Below are positions 1 to 7,701 of a DNA stretch of 22,925 nt, piece after piece. This stretch comes from an uncultured bacterium. GTDB lineage: Bacteria > SAR324 > NAC60-12. The translations under genes were made by a program, and so were the position numbers. Position 1 is the stretch's first letter; the number at the start of each line of letters is the position of its first letter. The notes beneath the pieces were generated by a model. It saw only the letters and a program-made list of their open reading frames with translations, ran no database searches and was not told the DNA's origin. The DNA is taken from assembly GCA_964010765.1 (NCBI GenBank), contig CAXGMD010000055.1, positions 1 to 22,925 on the forward strand. The letters run 5' to 3'.

Positions 1-1228
1 CGGAAGGATTGCTTCCATTCAGAATTTTCATGACCCCCAGTTCTGTATCTCCTTCTGCATCGGTGTCATTGAAAATGAAAAACCCGCCATCAATGAGGGC
101 TCCGTATTCCGTCGCAGAATTCACACCATCGTGGCAAAAGACATGGCTATCCGAGATGTCACCTCCCCAATTCGCATGCAGCACCCAACCCACCCAAACA
201 TCGGATGATGGAAAAGGTTGATTCGTTTCACTATAGCCGCTTTCATCCCCCGAGCCGCCAAACATGTAGATGCCGTCTGTCCCAGCTTCAATTCCGTAAA
301 GTTCATTTCTGATGTGTGAAAGACTGTACCCCCTCGGATTTGCGTAATGGTTGAGCCAAATCAATTCTCCATTGGTGTTCAGTGCAGCGCAAGAATAGTC
401 GAAAGGATCGCCTGCGCCCTCTCTCCCACGGTGCCCTCCGTAGTACAATCGGTCGTCTTCGCTTATTGCCAAATCGTAGGGATAGATTTCTGTTGTGGCC
501 TCTAGAAACGTGGTCCACAGTACCTCACCCTCTACGGAGCGTTTGGTAATGCACCAGCCTTCCTCGTACATCACCCCGGCGGTGTACAAATTTCCGTTTG
601 CATCTTGCACGGTAGCTAATCCATATTCGGAGGCTGGGAGTAACGATATCCATTCGATTTCTCCATTAACTGGATTGGCTTTTACAACGGTTTCTGTACC
701 AGCGAAAACGACAAAAACGGTGTTCGGTTCATCGCCACCGGTGAACCCAGAGGCATATATGTACCCATCATCGCCTACCATGGCAGAGCGCAGACCGTCG
801 AACTCCCAGTTGTTGCCGGGTTCATCCAAAATTGTTTCCCAAATGACGTTCCCATTTGCCCCTTCAATACGGGCCAACCAGCATTCTTGGGTGGCCCCTG
901 CTCCGCCAGTAACGACATAGTCAGGTTCGCCGTCGTCACCGATGATCTCTGCGATTCCAAGCCCTAGGCGGTCAGTGAAAGTTGCTTCCCAAATCAGACT
1001 ACCATTCTCGCCATTTATTTTATGAATTCGCGCTGAGCCTTCGGGCATGGACACGCTCACTGCATCCCCCTCCGCATCGACAAGTCCGCGGTTGACTTTT
1101 CCTTCTGGTCCCTCTGTGAACACCGATTCCCAGACAATACCCTCGTTATACGATGACGCTTCGGGGACCAACTGCGCTGCACAAAAAAGCGGGCAGACCA
1201 GAAGTAGTATAGCGTTGAACCTTCTCAT
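1..1228 (-). CDS. Secreted acidic beta-propeller-like protein (3'-truncated by the window edge, at least 409 aa)
   Basis: Read by hand because it is absent from the ORF track (no stop in the window). ATG at 1228 gives MRRFNAILLLVCPLFCAA|QLVPEASSYNEGIVWESVF..., open to ...GVMKILNGSNPS at position 2. It has a Sec signal peptide and recurring G-x-(L/V/I)-x-W blade motifs (NGSLIWE, NGNVIWE, NGEIEWI, EGEVLWT, NGELIWL) typical of PQQ-like propellers. Confidence 0.8.
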   Translation of the reverse strand, partial: MRRFNAILLLVCPLFCAAQLVPEASSYNEGIVWESVFTEGPEGKVNRGLVDAEGDAVSVSMPEGSARIHKINGENGSLIWEATFTDRLGLGIAEIIGDDGEPDYVVTGGAGATQECWLARIEGANGNVIWETILDEPGNNWEFDGLRSAMVGDDGYIYASGFTGGDEPNTVFVVFAGTETVVKANPVNGEIEWISLLPASEYGLATVQDANGNLYTAGVMYEEGWCITKRSVEGEVLWTTFLEATTEIYPYDLAISEDDRLYYGGHRGREGAGDPFDYSCAALNTNGELIWLNHYANPRGYSLSHIRNELYGIEAGTDGIYMFGGSGDESGYSETNQPFPSSDVWVGWVLHANWGGDISDSHVFCHDGVNSATEYGALIDGGFFIFNDTDAEGDTELGVMKILNGSNPS

Positions 1229-1429
1229 GGCCTAAAGAAAGCGATGGCAGGGAGAATTTCCAAGCAGCAGAAATTAGTGCGAATCGTACTGAGTGTATGG
1301 GACGACAATAAGGCTAGTGAAAGCAATTACCGTCACTCATATATAACAAAATATGAACTAATCAATAAAAAATACATTTTGATACAGAATTAACGGTAAA
1401 TTGTCGATGATTACAAAAATTCAATTATA

Positions 1430-4400
1430 ATGAATGTGTATAGAATCTGTTTCATCCTTGCTTTTGGGATTTCTTTCATTGAAGCGAAAGCTCAGGACAC
1501 CTATGGCTGCAATGATCCGAATGCGTGTAACTATGTCGCCCCAGGAGGATTCACTGTAAATAGTGGATGTGTTTATCCGGGTGACACCGCAAACGACCCG
1601 AATGGGGCTGGTATCTGCATTTACATTTATGATACGGATTGTAATTGCTGTAATTGTATTTCTCAGGTGTATGGTTGCACTGATACAGATGCATGTAACT
1701 ATCTATCAACAGCAACGATTTCGCAGGGTTGTATTTACTCAAGTGCAAATGGGAATACCAGCGTCGGATGTTGGGTCTGCTCCCAAACGGAAGGAGATGC
1801 AAATACCGGTTGGGGTGACGGGCAAGGAATTTTGCAGGATAATGATATTAACGACAATGGACTCTGTGATGATGTTGAAATAATTGGCTGCATGGACGCC
1901 TTGGCCTGTAACTATGATCCAACTGCAACGGCAGAAAGCGCATTTTCTGATGCTGGTTCGCCCTGTCAGTACTTAGAAAATAGCTGCGACTATTGTGGAT
2001 TATACACCTCGGTAGGGACTCCGGACTCTTTGATTACAGATGGTAATGGAGGTTTTCTCGCAACACACCCTGATTACGGAGTGCTAAATGGTGATCAAAA
2101 TGACAATGGTACTTGTGATGATAATGAAGTACATGGCTGTATGGATGAGGATGCTTGCAACTTTGATGCAACCGCTACAGCGGACACTTCAGTTGTAAAT
2201 CCTGTGTGTATTTCATCGGGACCTTGTGGATGTGACGGAGTAACTCCTCTTGAAATACCACAAGGTGCCTGTGATTGCTCTGGAGCAGAACTAGATGCTT
2301 TAGGTAATTGTCTTCTCCAGTCAGATCCTGGATTTTGTGATAATGATGATAATGAAAACGGGATTTGTGATGCTGAAGAAGTCTTAGGATGCACCGACGC
2401 ATCTGCGTGTAACTATGACGCAAATGCCAATGTTGACGATGACTCGTGTGCCACATTAGATGTTTGTGGTGAGTGTGGAGGCAATGGTATTCCCCAAGGC
2501 TATTGCAATTGTGACTCAACTTTGGAGGATCAAAATGGCAATGGTCTGTGTGATGACGATGAAATCCAGGGTTGTACCAACCCTGATAAATGTAATTTTA
2601 ATCCCGACGCGACATTCAGTATAGAGAGTGAATGTAAAGATTTTGATGCATGCAACGTCTGTGGTGGGTCAGGTCCTGAAGACCCGTCTCATTGTGATTG
2701 TGATGGAAACGTATTGGATGCCTTGGGCGTTTGCGGTGGGAAGTGCTCTGCAGATGTCGATGACGATGGAATATGTGATACTGTAGACCCCTGTTTGGTG
2801 CCAGGTGAAGAGCCTGATTTCTGTGGTGTTTGTGGCGGAGGTGTAACTGCAGAAAACGTCGGAGATGAATTTGAATGTGGTTGTTTTGATCTGCCTGATC
2901 TAGCTTGTGACTGTGAAACAGACGGGACTGTCGACTATCCTGATCCAGGCAAAGATTGTGAAGGCAATTGCCTCAATGGAACCGACGAAAATGATCAATG
3001 TATTATTTCATCTAATGCAGTTGCGACCGATCTGCCTGATCCCATTCTCGAGATACAAGCCGGGAATCGGCTGGTTAAGTCCATCAATGTTTTTGATCAA
3101 GAGAGATTTTTCGCTCGGGTTGATTCGCTCCACTCACGAATGTCAAAGAACCTCGATGATGGCAGTTTGCTAGGCAGCAGCGATAGCTTGACAATTGAGC
3201 ACCAAATACTGGATAAAGGGAAACTTTTTGTACTTGAAGATGCCGTTTTCTCCGATGTCGTCAGAATGGATACAAATGTTATAATTGGTGGAAATTTGCA
3301 TGTAATGGGCTCCGCTACAATTGAGGGAACTACATTCGCAAATGGAGGTCTTCAAACCTCGACTCTGGACGTAGCCGGAGATTTGAACGTTGGTGGAGCT
3401 GTGCGGGTAGATTCTACTCTAGACGTTACTGATTTTGTAGATTTTCATGATTCTCTTCGAGTTGCCGAAGCGATTCAAGTTGGGCTTGACAACCAATTCA
3501 TCGCAGATAGTGCTGGGTATGTGAGGTTTGAAGACGGTCTTATTCGCGATAGCCTCACTGTCGTGGGTAAATCAATCTTTCAAGATGATTTGAAATTAGC
3601 CGGTTCATTTAAAATGAATACTGGCTCATTTGAAGTGGATGATTCAGGGAATGCGGTTGCCCAAAGTATTTCAACCATAGGAAATATTACGGTTGGAGGT
3701 AATCATTCAATTACAGGATCCTTCTCTGCATCGAATAACGCAACATTCAGTAAGTCAGCAACGATAGGTCAAAACTTAACTGTCGGGGGAACTTTACAAT
3801 TCAATGGGAACTTCTTCCACTCAAAAGCCGAACGATTTTTGGTCGGTGCGCAAGCATCCAGCGTTCCTACCGGTGGTACAAACCAAATACCGACTAACTC
3901 GTACTCCATGATTATCGATGGCAAGGGTGCCGGAAATTATAACGGCATTGCCATTCGCGTAGATGAAAATAATGTTCATAGTTACAACAACTTCGTAACC
4001 TTCTTGAATGGAGGTGGCACGCAGGTTGGTCGCATACAGGGTCAGAACACAAGTGACAAATGGACAGATCCGGTTTTTACAGCTGCAATTGATGCGAAGA
4101 ATAATGATATTAGTGTGAATACTGCAAAAGCAGTAATATTTACTGGCAGGGCGATAAGCCGTTACTTAGATATGGGCCTCAATGCTGGTAGGGCAGCCGC
4201 TAGCGCCATACCTGGCGCAGGACTACCCGACTCCGATGTAGCGGAGACTATCGGAGAATCAGTGAATGCAGGTATTAAAGCTGCAGAGGGTACCGGATTT
4301 GTTGTCAAAGCAGTTACAGCAACAGTTAAGGCAACATTAGCGGTAGTAGGTAAGGCCAATTTGATTGCGGATTGGGACGCAAGAATTGGTATCTCTTATC

Positions 4401-5539
4401 GTTCTGGTGCTGGTGATTATGCGGAATGGCTTCCCAAGTTTGATGAACGCGAGGATTTACTGCCAGGAGAAATAGTTGGTGTCAGTTCAGGACGAGTTTC
4501 AAGGTTCACGAAAAGTGCAGACCATTTACTCGTGGTTTCAACGAGTCCCATCGTGCTTGGAAATGAACCTGGAGCTGATAAAGAGGGAGATTATGAGATG
4601 ATTGCATTTATGGGACAGGTTCCAGTAAGAGTCGTTGGTCGGGTTTCCCAGGGGGATTACATTCTACCAAGCGGTGATAATGATGGTTATGGGGTGGCCG
4701 TCTCAAAGGAGGAGATTACGCTTGATATGGTGCCTCAAATTGTTGCAATTGCGTGGGAAAGTGGTCAAGACGATTATTTCAATGTTGTCAACTGCTCAGT
4801 TGGATTGGATAATCAAGGTTTGCAAGCTCTAGTGGAGTTAGTCGATGAACGATTAGTGAATATTGAGAATTCTATTGATTTGAAAATTGATAATCATCTG
4901 AAGGGAGTAAGCGAATCACCTCGAAGGGGCTTCAGTCTGAAATCTCTAGGAAAAAAGAAAAGAAAAGCTTCGAAGAAAAATGCCTTGGCAAAGGATAGTA
5001 ACACAAATCGCCAAGATGGGAGTGCGATTTCACGACACGAAAATGTCCAGGCCTTTGCTGCAGAGGACATAGCAACAACCGTTGAGTCAGAGCTTTCCAA
5101 GCTGATTCATGAAGGAGGTCGAATTTCACCTGAAGAATGGAAAGAGGGCGCTGATCATTTAGCGAGCGCTTACCAAATGCAAGCCAACAGGATTGAAGAT
5201 GCCTTGAGTAAAGGGTATGACATTTCCGTTGCATTTAATGTGACTAGTGAAGCGCAAAGGAAGGCAATGCGTTATGACGCGATTATTCAAAGGGCGATCT
5301 TTGACTCTCAGGTTAACGTTGAGTCAATCAAAAAAATGCTTCGCGATTGTTTAAGTGGCCGAGTAGGAGAAATGGATCAGGACGATTTGGAGCTTATGAC
5401 CAAGATGCTAAAGCCTGGTTCGGAAGCTGAGCAGAAGTTCATCAATGACTTTATTTTAAGTGCAGAGGAAGCATTATTCACCCAGTCGCCACACACAAAA
5501 ATTTACACACTTGGCAGAAAAAATTTGACTACTAAGTGA
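1430..5539 (+). CDS. Large secreted adhesin/fibre-like protein: Cys-rich Ca-binding repeats, beta-helix/solenoid, peptidase G2-like intramolecular chaperone domain and helical tail
   Basis: 1369-aa ORF with signal peptide ...IEAKA|Q. Residues ~26-525 are Cys/Asp-rich repeats. Residues ~595-800 are short beta-strand repeats (LNVGGAVRVDSTLDV, LTVGGTLQFNG). GDYAEWL starts at about aa 995, followed by GEIVGV, VVSTSPIVLGN, AFMGQVPVRVVG and GDYILPSG. Confidence 0.8.
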   Translation: MNVYRICFILAFGISFIEAKAQDTYGCNDPNACNYVAPGGFTVNSGCVYPGDTANDPNGAGICIYIYDTDCNCCNCISQVYGCTDTDACNYLSTATISQGCIYSSANGNTSVGCWVCSQTEGDANTGWGDGQGILQDNDINDNGLCDDVEIIGCMDALACNYDPTATAESAFSDAGSPCQYLENSCDYCGLYTSVGTPDSLITDGNGGFLATHPDYGVLNGDQNDNGTCDDNEVHGCMDEDACNFDATATADTSVVNPVCISSGPCGCDGVTPLEIPQGACDCSGAELDALGNCLLQSDPGFCDNDDNENGICDAEEVLGCTDASACNYDANANVDDDSCATLDVCGECGGNGIPQGYCNCDSTLEDQNGNGLCDDDEIQGCTNPDKCNFNPDATFSIESECKDFDACNVCGGSGPEDPSHCDCDGNVLDALGVCGGKCSADVDDDGICDTVDPCLVPGEEPDFCGVCGGGVTAENVGDEFECGCFDLPDLACDCETDGTVDYPDPGKDCEGNCLNGTDENDQCIISSNAVATDLPDPILEIQAGNRLVKSINVFDQERFFARVDSLHSRMSKNLDDGSLLGSSDSLTIEHQILDKGKLFVLEDAVFSDVVRMDTNVIIGGNLHVMGSATIEGTTFANGGLQTSTLDVAGDLNVGGAVRVDSTLDVTDFVDFHDSLRVAEAIQVGLDNQFIADSAGYVRFEDGLIRDSLTVVGKSIFQDDLKLAGSFKMNTGSFEVDDSGNAVAQSISTIGNITVGGNHSITGSFSASNNATFSKSATIGQNLTVGGTLQFNGNFFHSKAERFLVGAQASSVPTGGTNQIPTNSYSMIIDGKGAGNYNGIAIRVDENNVHSYNNFVTFLNGGGTQVGRIQGQNTSDKWTDPVFTAAIDAKNNDISVNTAKAVIFTGRAISRYLDMGLNAGRAAASAIPGAGLPDSDVAETIGESVNAGIKAAEGTGFVVKAVTATVKATLAVVGKANLIADWDARIGISYRSGAGDYAEWLPKFDEREDLLPGEIVGVSSGRVSRFTKSADHLLVVSTSPIVLGNEPGADKEGDYEMIAFMGQVPVRVVGRVSQGDYILPSGDNDGYGVAVSKEEITLDMVPQIVAIAWESGQDDYFNVVNCSVGLDNQGLQALVELVDERLVNIENSIDLKIDNHLKGVSESPRRGFSLKSLGKKKRKASKKNALAKDSNTNRQDGSAISRHENVQAFAAEDIATTVESELSKLIHEGGRISPEEWKEGADHLASAYQMQANRIEDALSKGYDISVAFNVTSEAQRKAMRYDAIIQRAIFDSQVNVESIKKMLRDCLSGRVGEMDQDDLELMTKMLKPGSEAEQKFINDFILSAEEALFTQSPHTKIYTLGRKNLTTK
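1505..3001 (+). repeat. Protein-level Cys-rich repeat array inside the 1369-aa CDS
   Basis: Six GCx(D/N)xx(A/K)CN(Y/F) units: GCNDPNACNY, GCTDTDACNY, GCMDALACNY, GCMDEDACNF, GCTDASACNY, GCTNPDKCNF. They are interleaved with five Dx(N/D)x(N/D)GxCD motifs (DINDNGLCD, DQNDNGTCD, DDNENGICD, DQNGNGLCD, DVDDDGICD) and CDCxG/CGxCGG units. Confidence 0.9.
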
Positions 5540-5570
5540 ATTAAGTATTTAGGCTACACCGCAAAATGAT

Positions 5571-5613
5571 AAAATGCAGAAGGGGTGATAGATCCACCCC
5601 CTCTGCATTTTTT
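5571..5613. terminator. Bidirectional intrinsic terminator between convergent genes
   Basis: AAAATGCAGA-A-GGGGTG / loop ATAGATC / CACCCC-C-TCTGCATTTTTT. The stem has 16 bp plus one A-C position (G.U on the minus-strand RNA), with T-runs on both strands. It lies between the stops at 5539 and 5656. Confidence 0.85.
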
Positions 5614-5655
5614 ATGTCATGCTGGCTTCGTTTCTATCCTCGACATAAAATTTAT

Positions 5656-6087
5656 TTAGTCTTCGACAATGCTGATTGAAAAAGTTTCGCCCTGTGCGAT
5701 TTGCGTTACGATGTTCAGCCCTTCGGTCACCTTGCCGAAGCACGTGTGATTGCGGTCCAAATGCGTCGTCGCTTCGCGGCTGTGCACAATGAAGAACTGC
5801 GATCCACCGGTGTTGCGACCGGCGTGCGCCATGGACAACACGCCCAAATCGTGGTGCTGGTTATCGCCGTCCAATTCGCAGTCGATGGTGTAACCGGGAC
5901 CGCCGTTGCCGATGCCGTGGGGGCAGCCGCCCTGTGCCACGAATCCTGGAATAACCCGGTGAAACTTCAGGCCGTCATAGAAGCCCTCCCTGGCGAGTTT
6001 GACAAAGTTGGCGACTGTGTTCGGTGCGTCCTTTTCAAAGAATTCCACGGTCATGGTGCCGCGGTCGGTGGTGATTTTTGCGTGCAT
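5656..6087 (-). CDS. Cyclophilin-type peptidyl-prolyl cis-trans isomerase
   Basis: 143 aa with the canonical motifs [47 protein letters not shown] and [12 protein letters not shown]. Confidence 0.97.
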   Translation of the reverse strand: MHAKITTDRGTMTVEFFEKDAPNTVANFVKLAREGFYDGLKFHRVIPGFVAQGGCPHGIGNGGPGYTIDCELDGDNQHHDLGVLSMAHAGRNTGGSQFFIVHSREATTHLDRNHTCFGKVTEGLNIVTQIAQGETFSISIVED

Positions 6088-6110
6088 GGTGAATCGATTA
6101 CTATGAGTGA

Positions 6111-6139
6111 AAAAGCCTATCCATATGCTCGAGGCTTTT
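6111..6139 (-). terminator. Possible weak intrinsic terminator downstream of the sulfatase
   Basis: AAAAGCCT (6111-6118) and AGGCTTTT (6132-6139) form an inverted repeat with a 13-nt loop. The minus-strand RNA ends in a U-run, about 40 nt past the sulfatase stop. Confidence 0.4.
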
Positions 6140-6178
6140 CATGTGGTCATTGTCAACTAACATTTGAGATTAGGGGTG

Positions 6179-7624
6179 CTATCGTTCAAGAATTGGAATA
6201 CCGGCATTGATTCGGAGTGAATCGAGACGGCTTTTCAGTTTTTCCTCAATTTCTGCGTATCCGGATTTTCCCGCTACACTATGATTTTCTTCGGGGTCTG
6301 AGCGAAGGTCGTATAGCATAGTTCCTTGTAAGCGAGAATTTTGCCTTCCCCGAAATTCCGTGTAGCTGTATTCGCTTGTCGTTATCGTTTCCCCACCATG
6401 AAATTTCGAAAATGCTTCGAATTTTCTTGTCCGAATTGAGCTATTCGTGATCTTTTTAAGGTCAACACCTTGGATGTGATTTGGTGAGGCGATACCAGCG
6501 GCCTCGCAAAGGGTTGGATATAGGTCTATTAATTCGACAACCTGTTTAACTCTTACATTTTCTGTTTGCTTAGGGTATTTGATAATTAATGGAACTTGAA
6601 GTGAGGTTTGGAAGTTGCAATGTTTTGCCCATAAGTTGTGCTCTCCGAGTTGCCAGCCATGGTCTCCCCAAAGAACGATCATTGTATTTTCAGCAATATC
6701 CAGTTCATTCAGCTTCGATATTAATTGACCTACAAGGTGATCGATGTAGCTCACACATGCGAAGTAGCCATGGCGAAGGCGATTTTGCATGGAGTCAGGC
6801 ACAGCAGTATAATCTTCATTGGGGATATCCGTGTAAGCGCGCAATTCACCGAAAGAATGAAGAGCAGCTTCAGGGGCATTTTCAGGTGTGAAGCGGTTAT
6901 TTGCTAGACCGATGTCCTCAGCGCTGTAAAGATCCCAGAATCTAGTTGGAGCACAAAAAGGTAGGTGCGGTTTGAAAAAACCTACTGCAAGAAAAAATGG
7001 ATCGTCTGTTTTAGCAAGATTTTCAAGATCGTTTAAGCTCCTTTCTAAAATTTCATCATCAGCATAGACAGCGTCATTGGAACCTTTTTCCGTGGCAGGG
7101 CCATGGCCTTTTGTGGATGCAATTATTTGATTTTTCGCTTCCTGATAATCTCGGAAATCTCGCTTGGGTCTCCATGGCTTTTCGCTCCACGCGTCCGCTG
7201 AGTCTTTATTTTTATGTAAAATTTTACCGTTCGAAAACGTTTTGTAGCCTTTCGATTTGAACCATTCCGCAATAATGGGAATGCCAGGTGCATCCTCATC
7301 TGCGCGTGAGGAAAATTTTATGAAACGACCATGATTTGGTCTCAGCCCCGTCATCACAGAGGCGCGTGAAGCACCGCATACTGGCACTGAGCATATAGCG
7401 TGTTCGAAAACAAACGAGTTCGAAGCCAAAGAATCAATAAACGGTGTTTTTGCCAATTTACTGCCGTAGCATCCAAGTTCCGGCCTGAGATCATCTACAG
7501 CGATAAAAAGAACGTTTATTGGCTCTGGCGGGGCATGATTTGCTGTCGTATCGCCTGAACTAGACCCTTCGTTTAGAGCGAGAAATAAAAAAAATGTACA
7601 GACCAAAAATGGAGTAGTTCTCAT
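6179..7624 (-). CDS. Secreted formylglycine-dependent (S1) sulfatase, iduronate-2-sulfatase-like
   Basis: NVLFIAVDDLRP, catalytic VCGASRASVMTG (Cys codon 7376-7378), GKILH, PFFLAVGFFKPHLPF, WGDHGWQLGEH..WAKH, LYDLRSDPEE, and an N-terminal signal peptide. Confidence 0.93.
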   Translation of the reverse strand: MRTTPFLVCTFFLFLALNEGSSSGDTTANHAPPEPINVLFIAVDDLRPELGCYGSKLAKTPFIDSLASNSFVFEHAICSVPVCGASRASVMTGLRPNHGRFIKFSSRADEDAPGIPIIAEWFKSKGYKTFSNGKILHKNKDSADAWSEKPWRPKRDFRDYQEAKNQIIASTKGHGPATEKGSNDAVYADDEILERSLNDLENLAKTDDPFFLAVGFFKPHLPFCAPTRFWDLYSAEDIGLANNRFTPENAPEAALHSFGELRAYTDIPNEDYTAVPDSMQNRLRHGYFACVSYIDHLVGQLISKLNELDIAENTMIVLWGDHGWQLGEHNLWAKHCNFQTSLQVPLIIKYPKQTENVRVKQVVELIDLYPTLCEAAGIASPNHIQGVDLKKITNSSIRTRKFEAFSKFHGGETITTSEYSYTEFRGRQNSRLQGTMLYDLRSDPEENHSVAGKSGYAEIEEKLKSRLDSLRINAGIPILER

Positions 7625-7701
7625 GTTTTATGCTCTTTCTCGATTTTATCAGTGGTTTGTCCGATGATTTCTCGCGTGTAAAGTCTCTGCAAGATTCATT
7701 C

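Noticed and set aside
9..1235. Six short ORFs in the track (9-221, 121-306, 303-518, 495-920, 775-960, 1047-1235)
   Set aside because: All overlap the long minus-strand frame 1228 to <1, which has a signal peptide and repeat motifs. They are antisense or off-frame shadows.
1377..1406. Promoter for the 1369-aa gene (TTTG...TAAATTGT)
   Set aside because: The -7 match is imperfect and the spacer is only about 15 nt, in AT-rich DNA where chance matches are likely.
1505..3001. Cys-rich repeats as multiheme cytochrome, Fe-S or CRISPR-like repeats
   Set aside because: There are no CxxCH motifs, and the protein is secreted and Asp-rich, which fits disulfide/Ca binding. The repeats are degenerate at the DNA level and lack a repeat-spacer structure.
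1430..5539. Prophage tail gene
   Set aside because: It has a Sec signal peptide and host-type Cys repeats, and there are no phage structural, integrase or lysis genes nearby.
5701..6210. 169-aa plus-strand ORF
   Set aside because: Antisense shadow of the GC-rich cyclophilin gene, with no recognisable motifs.
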